Origin: Candidatus Bathyarchaeota archaeon | Lineage (GTDB): Archaea; Thermoproteota; Bathyarchaeia; Bathyarchaeales; Bathycorpusculaceae | Length of the DNA: 54,892 nt | Direction: 5' to 3' | Assembly: GCA_963827165.1 (NCBI GenBank) | Contig: CAWGZR010000007.1 | Span: 1 to 54,892 of the forward strand | Shown: in pieces, positions 37,214-47,462 of the stretch | Layout: each line of letters begins with the position of its first letter | Numbering within the stretch: the first letter of the stretch is position 1 | Notes under the pieces: model-generated | The model's database searches: none | The model's input: the letters and a program-made list of their open reading frames with translations, nothing else | Told to the model about the DNA's origin: nothing | Made by a program: the position numbers and the translations under genes

Positions 37214-39025
37214 GTGAAGTCTCCTGGCGCTTCTCGCGAGTTTGGTTATCTTAGAAAATGGGTTCCAATTGCTGTTTTGATAGGGGTAGTCAGCGGAGTT
37301 GGAAGCATTGTCTTCTATGAATCTATTCGATTTGTTAGCTCGGTTCTCCTCGGCGGTGTCACTGGTTTTTTTGCGCCTCAACCAGTTGGAGAAGGCGGAG
37401 CCTTAGGAGTAGTAGCCTCCCGTCTTTATTTGATACCCTTAGTGACTACGGTCGGTGGTCTTCTGAGCGGAATAATCGTCTATGGCTTTGCGCCAGAAGC
37501 TGCGGGTCATGGAACTGACGCTGCAATAGATGCTTTTCATAATAAAAAGGGTGAAATTCGATCTCGAATACCTTTAGTTAAACTTGTAGCCTCGGCATTA
37601 ACTATTGGTTCAGGCGGAAGTGCAGGCAGGGAAGGTCCGACGGCGCAGATAGGGGCAGGCTTTGGTTCTTTTCTGGGCAAGCGGCTTCATCTAAGTGTAA
37701 AAGACAGAAGAATCGCAGTTGCAGTCGGGATAGGCGCAGGAATCGGCTCCATTTTCAAGGCACCTTTCGGCGGGGCCATACTAGCCACGGAGATTCTTTA
37801 CATTGGTGACTTTGAAGTTGAGACGTTGCTGCCTGCCTTTATTGCTTCGACAGTGGGCTACAGCATATTCGCGTCATACACAGGATGGACGCCGATATTT
37901 GGCAATCTTAATCTGGGTGCTTTCAATGATCCGCTTAATCTACCTTTTTACGCCGTTTTGGGTGTCATCTGCGGTTTAGTGGGCATTTTATATGTTAAAG
38001 GGTTCTACGGCATACATGCCTATTTTCAACGTTTGAAAATGCCGCGTTTCTTAAAGCCAGCCTTAGGCGGATTTTTAGTAGGTATTATCGGGATATTTCT
38101 TCCTCAAGTCCTCGGCACGGGCTATGGCTGGCTCCAGATAGTAATGTCAGGTAACTTTGTCTTGTTCCCAATAATTTTAATTCCAATAGTTATCGTAGCC
38201 AAGATAGTTGCCACATCTCTGACAGTAGGTTCAGGAGGAAGCGGCGGAGTCTTCGCGCCATCCCTGATCATAGGCGGCTTAATAGGAGCATCCCTCTGGA
38301 TTTTATTGAGCGGGATTTTGCCGAGTTTCAGCCCTGTTATCGCTGCATTTGTTATAGTGGGTATGATGGCGTTTTTCGGAGGCGTAGGAAAAGTGCCCGT
38401 TGCCGTTATTCTCATGGTTAGCGAAATGACAGGCGGTTTTACTCTGCTGGTTCCCTCAATGGTAGCCACCACCATTGCATACGTAATCACGGGAAAAGTA
38501 ACGATCTATAAAAACCAAGTTCAATCGAGGACTGAATCGCCAGCACATAGAGGTGAATACTCAATTCCTCTTCTGCAGAAACTCTTTGTCAAAGATGGCA
38601 TGACCAAAAAAGTCATAACGACCACTTCAAACACACTGGTTTCAGATGTCGCTGAGACATTGTCAAAGAACGGAATAAAAGGTATACCCGTTCTTGATGA
38701 CAATGGCAGACTTGCTGGTATTATCACGCTTACAGATGTTCTTCAGGTCCATCCAGATCAGAGAGCAACGACCAAAGTGCGCTCCGTCATGACGAAAGAG
38801 CTAGTCACAACAACCCCTAATGAAAGCCTCTATACAGCTTTTGACAAGATGACAAGCAACCAGATCGGACGCCTGCCCGTCATGGATCAAGAAAGCAACT
38901 TAAAGTTGATAGGTATTATCACGCGAGAAGATATCTGGCGAATCTACAACATTGAGATTAGATCAAAACTAGAAGATACTAAACTTTCGGGAAGCATAGA
39001 AGATAACAACAAAACAGATTTTTAA
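37214..39025 (+). CDS. ClC-family chloride channel/transporter with two CBS domains
   Basis: PEAAGHGTD, GGSAGREGP, F.APFGG, GGSGGVFAP, EMTG, TIY; CBS pair. Confidence 0.93.
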   Translation: MKSPGASREFGYLRKWVPIAVLIGVVSGVGSIVFYESIRFVSSVLLGGVTGFFAPQPVGEGGALGVVASRLYLIPLVTTVGGLLSGIIVYGFAPEAAGHGTDAAIDAFHNKKGEIRSRIPLVKLVASALTIGSGGSAGREGPTAQIGAGFGSFLGKRLHLSVKDRRIAVAVGIGAGIGSIFKAPFGGAILATEILYIGDFEVETLLPAFIASTVGYSIFASYTGWTPIFGNLNLGAFNDPLNLPFYAVLGVICGLVGILYVKGFYGIHAYFQRLKMPRFLKPALGGFLVGIIGIFLPQVLGTGYGWLQIVMSGNFVLFPIILIPIVIVAKIVATSLTVGSGGSGGVFAPSLIIGGLIGASLWILLSGILPSFSPVIAAFVIVGMMAFFGGVGKVPVAVILMVSEMTGGFTLLVPSMVATTIAYVITGKVTIYKNQVQSRTESPAHRGEYSIPLLQKLFVKDGMTKKVITTTSNTLVSDVAETLSKNGIKGIPVLDDNGRLAGIITLTDVLQVHPDQRATTKVRSVMTKELVTTTPNESLYTAFDKMTSNQIGRLPVMDQESNLKLIGIITREDIWRIYNIEIRSKLEDTKLSGSIEDNNKTDF

Positions 39026-39040
39026 ACAAAAAAACGTTGG

Positions 39041-41608
39041 TTAATTCGTTTTATCTTTTTGGAGATGAAGCCTTGCGCCTCTCAATTTTTGAGGATGAAA
39101 GATTTTTTTATTTTTGAAAAAGAATTGTTTAGCACGAGAAAATGTGGGTGAAGCAACGAAAGGTTGTTGTTTGTTGGATATTGCTTCTTCGTGTCCCATT
39201 AATCTAAAGAAGTGAATTTTCAGCTGGTCAGTTATCAGGAAGGCAAGCAAAGCGTAGCCCCACACGAAGGCAGCGAAACCCCATCCAATCGGATTCATAA
39301 ATACACCATAAACAGCGAACAACGTTGCAACAACTTGAGTCCCCTCTGTGGCCACAAAAAGAATACTGGCTGGAAGAGGCCGTTTCCAAAAATGGTTCAC
39401 TCCAGTTCGCGCCAAATAAATCGTGAGGTGCCCAGCAACAGCCATTTTAAGGAAAATCAGCGACTGCAGCGTACCAGCGCTTAAGTGGAAAACGTTCAAA
39501 CCAATTAAGAAGAGCAAGAAGCTTGAAACAACGCCCGTCGCGCCAAGCAGAGAAGCCACAATCAATACACCACGCATGTTCCAGCGAACGGGTTTCTCTT
39601 GAACCCTCACATTATCATAAGCGATAGTCATAATTGGAATGTCGTTCAACAAAGCCAGAATGACTAGCATAACTGCTGTCAGCGGGTAGAAGTTGAAGGC
39701 GAGAATTGCAAGCGACAAGAAAATTAATACTCGAGTAGTCTCTGCGATGCGGTAGACGGCGTAATTGGACATGCGCTCGAAAATCCTGCGGCTCTCTTTT
39801 ATAGCATCTATGATGACTGAAAGCCCTGGCTTTGTTAGAACGACATCGGCCGCGGATTTAGCTGCATCAGTTGCTCCTGCAACGGCAACCCCAGCATTTG
39901 CTTTCTTTAATGCAGGTGCATCGTTAACTCCATCGCCGGTCATCCCAACAATGTGTCCTCTCTCTTGGAGCAACTCAACAATGCGATATTTATGCTCTGG
40001 AAAAACTTGGGCAAAACCGTCAGCACTCTCAATAATGCCTTTCGCTTCACTGTCGGGCTTGTCAATGAAAGATGAAGCAGGTATAATATTTGTGCCTAGA
40101 TTGACTTCTTGAGCAATCTCCTTAGCTATAGCAATGTGGTCTCCGGTGACCATCTTGACGTTTATGCCCATCTTTTGAGCTGTTTTTATTGTTTCAGCAG
40201 AGTCCTCTCGCGGCGGATCATAAATTGCAAGAAGCCCAACAAATTGCCAGTTACCCTCTTCGTCTCCCCTAATTATTCCTAAGGCTCGATGTCCCTTGGC
40301 CGCAAAAGTGTTTACAATCTCATTAACTCTATCTTGGATTTCGGTTCTGTTGGAAACAAGAGACAAAACAACCTGCGGCGCGCCTTTAGCAACTCTGAAA
40401 CGCTCACCATTCTGGTCCTCCACAATGGCTTCAGTCTTCTTTAAAACTGGGTCAAACGGCTTAAAATCAATTACACTATATTGACCAAGAGCACCGGCAA
40501 CTGCTCTGATCGACTTGGCTTTGGTGATGACAGCATCATCTATTGGATCGTGATTTTCTTCCCGAGAAGCTAATGTTCCGTACAAGAGAGCATCGTCAAT
40601 TTCGAACTTTCCAAAGGCTTGCGCTTCTGCGATAGTAAGTTCATTCTCTGTTATTGTGCCCGTCTTGTCTGAACATAACACGTCAACTCCAGCCATTTCT
40701 TCAATTGAAACTAGCTTGCTTACAATAGCTTCTTTTTTGGCTAGGACGATTGCGCCAACAGCCATAGTGACTGTCAAAACAGCAGGCAATGCTACTGGAA
40801 TTGAAGCTACAACCAAAATCAGGGCAAACTGCAAAATAGATAATGGGTTGGCGTGTCGAAATAAAGCGGCAATAACAACGGCAGAAACCATTATTGCCGC
40901 AAGGATAATCAGATAGTTACCTATTTTTACGACAGCTTTTTGGAAGTGGCTTGCAGTTTTAGCTTCTGACACCAGTTTGGCGGTTTTGCCAAAGAAGCTG
41001 CTTATTCCAGTAGCCACCACGTATGCATCCATTTCGCCTTGTCTGATAATGGCTCCTGCATAAGCTATATCAGAAATGTGTTTCTCTACGGGCAAGGATT
41101 CGCCGGTTAATGCAGATTCGTCTGCGAGCAAATAGGTGCCTTTCATCAGTTTAACGTCGGCAGGTACAATGTCGCCCAAGCGGACACGCACAATGTCGCC
41201 GGGGACAAGTTCCTTTGATGGTATCTCATGCCATGTTCCATCTCTTAACACTCGGGCTTTTGGAGAAAGCCGCTTTTTCAACAATTCTATCGCGTTGTCA
41301 GCTTTTCGTTCTTGCCAAAATCCCACAACTGCATTCACAATTAGCAAAGTGAAAATAATTGCAAAGTCGTCATAGTGTTGTATAATTATGGATAGTATTG
41401 AGGCAATTTCTATCATCCAGGGAATGGGTCCCCAGAAATAGCCCAAAAACTTGCGAAAAGGGTTTACTTTCTTTTCAGGAATCTCGTTGGTGCCATACTT
41501 CTGCAGTTTTCGAGCTACCTCTTCTGAAGATAGCCCCATCTTGATATATGTAGAAAATGGAGTTTCTTCTTCAGATGGTTTGTTTGATTTTTCTGACGTC
41601 ACTTTCAC
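39041..41608 (-). CDS. Plasma-membrane proton-efflux P-type ATPase (P3A)
   Basis: FWGPIPWMIE, LTGES, SIPVALP, CSDKTGT, KGAP, DPPR, TGDGVNDAPALK, LLND. Confidence 0.95.
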   Translation of the reverse strand: MKVTSEKSNKPSEEETPFSTYIKMGLSSEEVARKLQKYGTNEIPEKKVNPFRKFLGYFWGPIPWMIEIASILSIIIQHYDDFAIIFTLLIVNAVVGFWQERKADNAIELLKKRLSPKARVLRDGTWHEIPSKELVPGDIVRVRLGDIVPADVKLMKGTYLLADESALTGESLPVEKHISDIAYAGAIIRQGEMDAYVVATGISSFFGKTAKLVSEAKTASHFQKAVVKIGNYLIILAAIMVSAVVIAALFRHANPLSILQFALILVVASIPVALPAVLTVTMAVGAIVLAKKEAIVSKLVSIEEMAGVDVLCSDKTGTITENELTIAEAQAFGKFEIDDALLYGTLASREENHDPIDDAVITKAKSIRAVAGALGQYSVIDFKPFDPVLKKTEAIVEDQNGERFRVAKGAPQVVLSLVSNRTEIQDRVNEIVNTFAAKGHRALGIIRGDEEGNWQFVGLLAIYDPPREDSAETIKTAQKMGINVKMVTGDHIAIAKEIAQEVNLGTNIIPASSFIDKPDSEAKGIIESADGFAQVFPEHKYRIVELLQERGHIVGMTGDGVNDAPALKKANAGVAVAGATDAAKSAADVVLTKPGLSVIIDAIKESRRIFERMSNYAVYRIAETTRVLIFLSLAILAFNFYPLTAVMLVILALLNDIPIMTIAYDNVRVQEKPVRWNMRGVLIVASLLGATGVVSSFLLFLIGLNVFHLSAGTLQSLIFLKMAVAGHLTIYLARTGVNHFWKRPLPASILFVATEGTQVVATLFAVYGVFMNPIGWGFAAFVWGYALLAFLITDQLKIHFFRLMGHEEAISNKQQPFVASPTFSRAKQFFFKNKKIFHPQKLRGARLHLQKDKTN

Positions 41609-41805
41609 GAAAGCCTTCTAATTGACAACAAAACTATTAATTCAATAGTAAAAAGCGATGCATTATTGCTTTTTAGCTTTTCGTTGACATCGAACAACAA
41701 TGTTCTGAAAACAGAGACAATATATAATTCATTTTTTATTTTTTTTTTTTAATTCATCTGAAATGTTGTCTGTTCCGAAAGTATTGTTGCTTTGAAATTT
41801 ATAAA

Positions 41806-43455
41806 CTACTCTTTTGCTGTTTTAGTTTTTGTTTCTTTTTCGTTGGTTTTGCGCTTGGGTCTTTTTGGGAAAGAATTGTATAATGCTGCGGCTCTTGCTC
41901 GGATAATTTTTCTTGTTTCAACTGTGACGGGCGAGGTTGCGATTAACTCATCAAGTTTCTTTTTGTTTTCGTCTATTCTTTTTGTGAATTCTTCGTTAGA
42001 TATTTTGCCTTCTGTTTTTAGTTTTCTCAATTCTTCCATGTGAGCGACCATTGATTCGAATTGTTCGTCAATTTCTTTTTCTGAAGCAGTATTCGTTTGC
42101 GGCATTCTTTTCCTCACATAATTTAAAAGCAAAGGCACCTGAAATACGATTGAGATGAAAGCTACTCCAAGCACCATTGTATCTATTGTGTTGATATCTC
42201 CCTGAGAAATAACAGCTGAAGTCGTTATCGTAGCCACTAATGCTATGGACAAAGCGCCTCGCACTCCGCCAAGCATAGCGACGTTACTCCAAACGGCAGA
42301 TATTTTGTCACCGAACCTGTTGAAGATACCAAGTATTGGGTACACTGTGGCGGCTCTTGCTATTGTGACGGCTCCGTAAGCCACGGCAATGAGCAGAACT
42401 GATTGCGAAAGAGTAATGATGTTTGTCTCAAAACCGATTATTAGAAACGCTATCGAGTTGCTTAAGAAGGCGGCTATCTGCCAAAACGTCGTCACAGTTT
42501 CTTTTGACGCGGGTTCCATGGCTGATCGCATCGTGAAGTTGCCAAAGTATAACCCTGCGACGGCGACCGCTATTAGCCCTGAAGCGCCTATTCCTGTTGC
42601 CAAAGCGTACGACCCGTACACCACCGCGACTGCCAAGATGGTTTCGGCTACTTTGTCTTCTATCAAGCTTGAGAGTAATTCGCCTAGAAACGCGATTGCC
42701 AACCCGATTAAAACGCCTGCACCAAGTGTAAACCCGAAATTGAGCACTGTTTGAGTTACTGAGATCTGATGAAGACCGACGGTTGAAAGAATTATTGTGA
42801 AAAGGACGATGCCGGTGGCGTCGTTGAAGGCCGCTTCGGTGTCGAGCAACGTAGATAGTTTGGAAGGAACCTTCACCCGTCGAAAGACCTCCAAAACCGT
42901 AACTGTATCTGTGGGCGCAATCAGCGCAGCGAAAAGAAAAGAAACATAAGGCGAAAGACCCACGATCTTCCACAAGATAAGCCCCCCAACACCAGTCGCT
43001 ATCAAAACACCAACGGTTGCCAAGGCTAACGAAGGCTTGATTACAGCTCGCAAATCACTCGCGCGAAGGTGAATCATGGCTTCAAATATTAATGGGGGAA
43101 CAACTACGCCCACGAAAAGGCCGCCTCCGCCACCTTGGAGAAGTTGAGCGCAAAGAGACCTTAATTGGGAAATCAGATTTTCGAAAGATCCTCCTTGCAG
43201 AGTAAATAATGACGCAACTAAGGTTATTACGACCCCTGTCAAGACCAAAATCAAAGTGTACGGTATCTTGAGCTTTGTAGATAGTACTGCAGCTAAGAAA
43301 GCTATAAGCAGAAATGCTGCCACGATGAGCTCGATGCTGGGAACCAGAACAATCGCCTGCCCTTTGGGTACAACTTTTGTTTGAAGCTTGTTTTCTAATT
43401 CTTCAAAGTCCTTAATCAATCTGTGCTGACAAATAAATACAAAGACCAGCTGCAA
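41806..43455 (-). CDS. Na+/H+ antiporter, CPA1/NhaP family (true start probably ~35 codons downstream)
   Basis: PPLIFE, APTD.V.V, E..FNDATGI, SGLIAV, GGVRGALSIAL. Confidence 0.9.
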   Translation of the reverse strand: MQLVFVFICQHRLIKDFEELENKLQTKVVPKGQAIVLVPSIELIVAAFLLIAFLAAVLSTKLKIPYTLILVLTGVVITLVASLFTLQGGSFENLISQLRSLCAQLLQGGGGGLFVGVVVPPLIFEAMIHLRASDLRAVIKPSLALATVGVLIATGVGGLILWKIVGLSPYVSFLFAALIAPTDTVTVLEVFRRVKVPSKLSTLLDTEAAFNDATGIVLFTIILSTVGLHQISVTQTVLNFGFTLGAGVLIGLAIAFLGELLSSLIEDKVAETILAVAVVYGSYALATGIGASGLIAVAVAGLYFGNFTMRSAMEPASKETVTTFWQIAAFLSNSIAFLIIGFETNIITLSQSVLLIAVAYGAVTIARAATVYPILGIFNRFGDKISAVWSNVAMLGGVRGALSIALVATITTSAVISQGDINTIDTMVLGVAFISIVFQVPLLLNYVRKRMPQTNTASEKEIDEQFESMVAHMEELRKLKTEGKISNEEFTKRIDENKKKLDELIATSPVTVETRKIIRARAAALYNSFPKRPKRKTNEKETKTKTAKE

Positions 43456-43627
43456 AAGCAGGATTTAAGCAAGATTTAAAAATTCGAACCTGAAGCAGTT
43501 TGGATCAATGGGTTCCACACACAGAAGACTAATGACGAGATCGAATCTAAAACAGGAGTGGAACGGAACAGCAGAGGGCTCGGTGGATTCGACTTCAAAA
43601 AGGTCTTTTTGGCAAAATGGGTAAAAT

Positions 43628-43667
43628 CACGGGATTTAATTTTTACATTCACGTTTAAATTCCACAC
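43628..43667 (-). repeat. tRNA-Ser 3'-derived dyad site A
   Basis: CACGGGATTTAATTTTTACATTCACGTTTAAATTCCACAC aligns with site D. Confidence 0.7.
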
Positions 43668-43705
43668 TTTTGGAACCAAGAAATCATGAAACTTTTCTTT
43701 TCTGG

Positions 43706-44356
43706 CTACAAGCATTTGAGGTAACTGATTAGCTTTTGAAATTCTCCAGTTTTCTTCATCTGGTTTTTTCGAAGCATTTCTTCTATATTGGACTTGATGT
43801 AGAGTCCCCCAGGAGGGTACAATTGACGAGCGATTAAAGTGAAGACTTTGCAGTTTTCTTTGTTTATCACTTCTTCCTTGAATCGCCATTTGAAAGGGGA
43901 TCCGGGTGGAAGTAACGTTTCAGAAAGAACGATAACAACAAAATTCCTAACATTGGTAGTTCCTTCGAGTTCGTTGAATTTTGCGCGCAGGACCTTGTTA
44001 GCGTCTTCTCGCTTCCCGTTTTCCAAAGTTTTGCCACCGACAGCATTGTTCTTAATCTCTATTACCATTTTTACGTCGCTAACGGGGAAGGTCTTTTGGT
44101 TTGGGTCCACACCGTTTTTTAACAGAAGCAGATCATTTTTGATCTTAGATCCGTGGATTGTGACGTCTGGAATCATTGAAAGGTTAAGATTCCTTCTCAG
44201 CAGGTGATTGCGTAAGACAATTTCCGTTGCACTTCCAGATTTCTCGCGAGCTGTTTTGTCGATTTTCTGTTTCTCAAATTCTTCACTGACCTCGATCAGC
44301 ATGGCATATTCTTCATCGGTAGCTGCTAAGAATGGTTGATTGGAATAATTGGGCAT
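43706..44356 (-). CDS. PD-(D/E)xK nuclease-like protein (restriction-endonuclease-like)
   Basis: G...E..LR..L helix, NDLLLLK, MVIEIK motifs. Confidence 0.55.
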   Translation of the reverse strand: MPNYSNQPFLAATDEEYAMLIEVSEEFEKQKIDKTAREKSGSATEIVLRNHLLRRNLNLSMIPDVTIHGSKIKNDLLLLKNGVDPNQKTFPVSDVKMVIEIKNNAVGGKTLENGKREDANKVLRAKFNELEGTTNVRNFVVIVLSETLLPPGSPFKWRFKEEVINKENCKVFTLIARQLYPPGGLYIKSNIEEMLRKNQMKKTGEFQKLISYLKCL

Positions 44357-44559
44357 GTCCTAAATATCTCATCACTAACATAAAAAAACTAATCCGCCTT
44401 TTCTTGTTTTTTCGTTTCGAGGGTTTTTTCACGGTTGAATGTGTTAATCATGGCTAGGAAGTAGAAGGTTCTAATGACAAAAGTATCAAGTAATAGATCG
44501 ACAGCACGCCCTAGAAAGCAATAAATTGATGTATTCTTTGGACATACTGAGCGATTTAC

Positions 44560-45009
44560 ATGTCACTTGAAGTTGTGCCTCATGTTGAGCTGGAAAAATA
44601 TTTAGGTAAATGGTATGAGATAGCACACCTTCCTGCAAAATTCCAAGAAGGCTGCAACGAAACCACAGCCACATACACGTTATCAAAAGATGGCAGCATA
44701 TCCGTGCTCAATCAAACGATAAAAAATGGCAAGATGAAACAAGCCAAAGGCAAAGCAAAAGTAGTTGATAAAAACTCTAACGCAAAACTCAAAGTAACCT
44801 TCTTCTGGCCATTCTATGGCGATTACTGGATTATTAAATTGGGAAATAACTACGATTATTCAGTTGTAGGCGCACCCAACCGCAAATATCTTTGGATATT
44901 GAGCCGAACCCCACAAATGGATGACAACCTATACTCACAAATAATAGAATACGTAAAGTCAAAAGGCTTCGACGCAAACAAGCTCATCAAAACTCTTCAA
45001 AAAGCATAA
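44560..45009 (+). CDS. blc: Lipocalin (Blc family)
   Basis: KYLGKWYEIA, KLKVTFFWPFYGDYWI, YLWILSRTP. Confidence 0.92.
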   Translation: MSLEVVPHVELEKYLGKWYEIAHLPAKFQEGCNETTATYTLSKDGSISVLNQTIKNGKMKQAKGKAKVVDKNSNAKLKVTFFWPFYGDYWIIKLGNNYDYSVVGAPNRKYLWILSRTPQMDDNLYSQIIEYVKSKGFDANKLIKTLQKA

Positions 45010-45149
45010 AGCGCATTCAACTAAAAATAATTCACCAGAAACTTCGGATTAAATTTATCGCGTAATTATTGGCAGCTTCAACTTTCACATTGTATTTTGG
45101 ACATAATTGTCAAAAATAAGTTCAGAATAGACCGAAGTTGAAAATGAAA

Positions 45150-45188
45150 CTGAATATTAGGTTTAAATTCACGTTTTAGATTTCACAC
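45150..45188 (-). repeat. tRNA-Ser 3'-derived dyad site B (most degenerate)
   Basis: CTGAATATTAGGTTTAAATTCACGTTTTAGATTTCACAC aligns with sites A and D. Confidence 0.55.
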
Positions 45189-45224
45189 AAAAACCTATGG
45201 AGAAAAAACATTCTGTTTATCGTC

Positions 45225-45839
45225 CTAGTGAAAGTATCGTCCTCCGAATATAATATAGAAAATAGTGACAAAAGCGTAGAATCCTAAGCTGATTTCAATT
45301 GCGAAAAACGAGAAAATTATCGCCAGGGAATATGCTATTGGTCCAATAATCACAATTTTGCTTCGTTTTGCTATTATTTTTGGGTTCGGTTCCTCATGAG
45401 TCAAATGCTGTGTTCTGGGATAGAACCATAGAATGTTGAATAGTATTGAACATGCTAAACCGTTAAGGCCATAAATAATAACTGCAATTGGTTGCAGAGG
45501 GTATCTTCCAAGCAAGGCTGTGGAGAATGGTGCAAGACCGACGCTGAGGAGCAGGAGAAGGTTGATCCACAAAGTCTTAAGATCAATATTTTCGATGTGA
45601 CTAAACATGTTTTGGTGGCTTATCCAAAGTACGCCTAAGAAAATAAAAGTAATAATGTAAGCTAAGAGGTCTGGAATAAGGTTTACGATGTCAGCTTGCA
45701 AAGTCGGGGAAGCGTTTGATCCGGTAATAGCGGGAACCACTAAGCTAAGTACTAAAATAGTCATTACGGTTGCAAATATGCCGTCCGTAAGACCTTCCAC
45801 CCTATTTTTGCTAAACCGAGAAGAAACCTTTTTGCTCAT
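45225..45839 (-). CDS. TMEM175-family K+ channel
   Basis: RVEGLTDGIFATVMTILVL, Y.ITF...W.SH..F, NL.LL.....PFST. Confidence 0.9.
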   Translation of the reverse strand: MSKKVSSRFSKNRVEGLTDGIFATVMTILVLSLVVPAITGSNASPTLQADIVNLIPDLLAYIITFIFLGVLWISHQNMFSHIENIDLKTLWINLLLLLSVGLAPFSTALLGRYPLQPIAVIIYGLNGLACSILFNILWFYPRTQHLTHEEPNPKIIAKRSKIVIIGPIAYSLAIIFSFFAIEISLGFYAFVTIFYIIFGGRYFH

Positions 45840-46125
45840 TTGTTTTTGACGCCTGCCACTGCGCTTTCGTCACGAAGTATTTTTGTCTGATTAATTCTTA
45901 AATTCGAATTTCAGAATACAAGCTCTTTCATTTGACAAAAAAATAGTCAGGTTGATCTAGCATGATCCGATATTGATAGATAATGTTACTCCAATGAAGC
46001 TACATTGACCAATGACAGAGTCAAGCCGTCTTATGCGATGCTGTTCAGTTATGTTATCAAACAAGTTTTCCACGTCTTAATTGGTTAAAAAAGATTTCCT
46101 TGAGTTCTGATTGCCAAAAGAAGCG

Positions 46126-46166
46126 TGGCGCGGGATGTTAGATTTGCACCCACATTCAAATTCCCC
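46126..46166 (-). repeat. tRNA-Ser 3'-derived dyad site C
   Basis: TGGCGCGGGATGTTAGATTTGCACCCAC matches tRNA TGGCGCGGGATGTGGGATTTGAACCCAC at 25 of 28 positions, followed by ATTCAAATTCC. Confidence 0.88.
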
Positions 46167-46253
46167 GAAGATTATTGGGATTTAACTAAGATCGATGGCT
46201 TTTTCAAATTGTTTTTATGTGAGGCTGTCCTAATCTACGAGTGGTGTTTTTGA

Positions 46254-46535
46254 ATGGTTGAAGATTTTGAACAAGACGATTTCGATATGATTGACCCGAC
46301 AGCCAAAAGAGTTCTTGTTACCCTTTCCCAATTTGAGAAAGGTCTTTTGGTGACTGTGGACCTCTTACACAGAAAGACAGGTTTAATGCCTGAAGCCTTA
46401 AACGACGCTGTGCGCCACCTGACAAAATCCAAGCTCATCGACATACCTGAACCCGAAAAAAAACATGGCCCTTACGATTTCAATACCATCGAAATAAGCG
46501 ACTTCGGAAGGCAAGTGATAGCGAAATTCGGATAA
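46254..46535 (+). CDS. Small winged-helix protein
   Basis: L...TGL....LNDAV..L....LI, I.IS.FGR pattern. Confidence 0.6.
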   Translation: MVEDFEQDDFDMIDPTAKRVLVTLSQFEKGLLVTVDLLHRKTGLMPEALNDAVRHLTKSKLIDIPEPEKKHGPYDFNTIEISDFGRQVIAKFG

Positions 46536-46666
46536 AACGCTACAACTAAGCCCTCACCTTAATTATCAACGATACTTTTTTCTTTTTTTAAGAATAACCA
46601 AAATAATGAGATAAGTCCCATCGGGCTAAAACGCAGTCCGCAGGCTAAGCAGGACTCAGTGATTAT

Positions 46667-46936
46667 TTATATTAACTTTGAGAAGTCGTCGTACACCTTT
46701 TTTCTGTAACCGACAAAAAGTACTGTGACTTGGCTTTGCTCTGCATCGATTTCGTAGATTGCTCGGTAATCACCTGACCTTATGCTCCAATAATCTGACG
46801 GGTGTAGCTGTTTTCCCGCCTTGACCGGGTCAAATGAAAGTTCTCCAAGCGCCTTTTTCATTCTTTCTTGACTTACCGGGTCTAGCTTCCTCAGCTCTTT
46901 GGAAGCGGTTGGATGCAGCAAAACCTTAAAGGCCAA
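46667..46936 (-). CDS. relE: RelE/ParE-family toxin
   Basis: A.KELRKLD, W.IR.GDYRAIYEI, V.VLFVG.RK.VY. Confidence 0.9.
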   Translation of the reverse strand: MAFKVLLHPTASKELRKLDPVSQERMKKALGELSFDPVKAGKQLHPSDYWSIRSGDYRAIYEIDAEQSQVTVLFVGYRKKVYDDFSKLI

Positions 46937-46939
46937 AAA

Positions 46940-47158
46940 CTAGGCGTCCTCTAGCGGGACCAACTTTTCAGGGTTCTTTTTGGCTTCTTCGCTTCGTTTG
47001 TTTAGGAGTTCGTAGAATTTGCGGGTTTTTTCGCGTTCTTCGTAGAGGCTTATGATGGTTTTTATGGCGTCGCTTCGGCTTTTGAATTTGCCTTCTTCAA
47101 CCCAAATGTCGATTTCCGCAATCATTTCCGCTGGCAGTCTCAACTGAACTTGAGCCAT
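46940..47158 (-). CDS. Ribbon-helix-helix antitoxin
   Basis: QVQLRLP.EM..EID.WVEEG.FKSRSDAI; directly upstream of the toxin. Confidence 0.88.
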   Translation of the reverse strand: MAQVQLRLPAEMIAEIDIWVEEGKFKSRSDAIKTIISLYEEREKTRKFYELLNKRSEEAKKNPEKLVPLEDA

Positions 47159-47462
47159 AAAGGTTCACTGTAAACAGTAGTGTTTACACGCCTCTTAAGC
47201 CTTGTGCACGGCGCTTTCACATCAAATTTTTGTATCGCCACTCTCTTATGTGATGACACTGCACGCTTCGACCTTGACATGGCAAAACTACAGCCTATTC
47301 AAGAGCTACGCAGGCAACAAACAGGGCATAACCTATCCTGACATGACATGGGAACCAAAGGAATCCTTCAGGGCAGTACCTGACTATTATGCAAAACATT
47401 AGCAGGCGAGCAGGCTTTTGTGCGGTAGCCTTATTTGGCGGATGCAGATTTCTTTGGGTATT

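Noticed and set aside
43476-43889. ORF 43476..43889 and the many other antisense/overlapping ORFs in the track
   Set aside because: They are shadows of well-supported genes on the other strand or frame and have no motifs; this one also runs across repeat site A.
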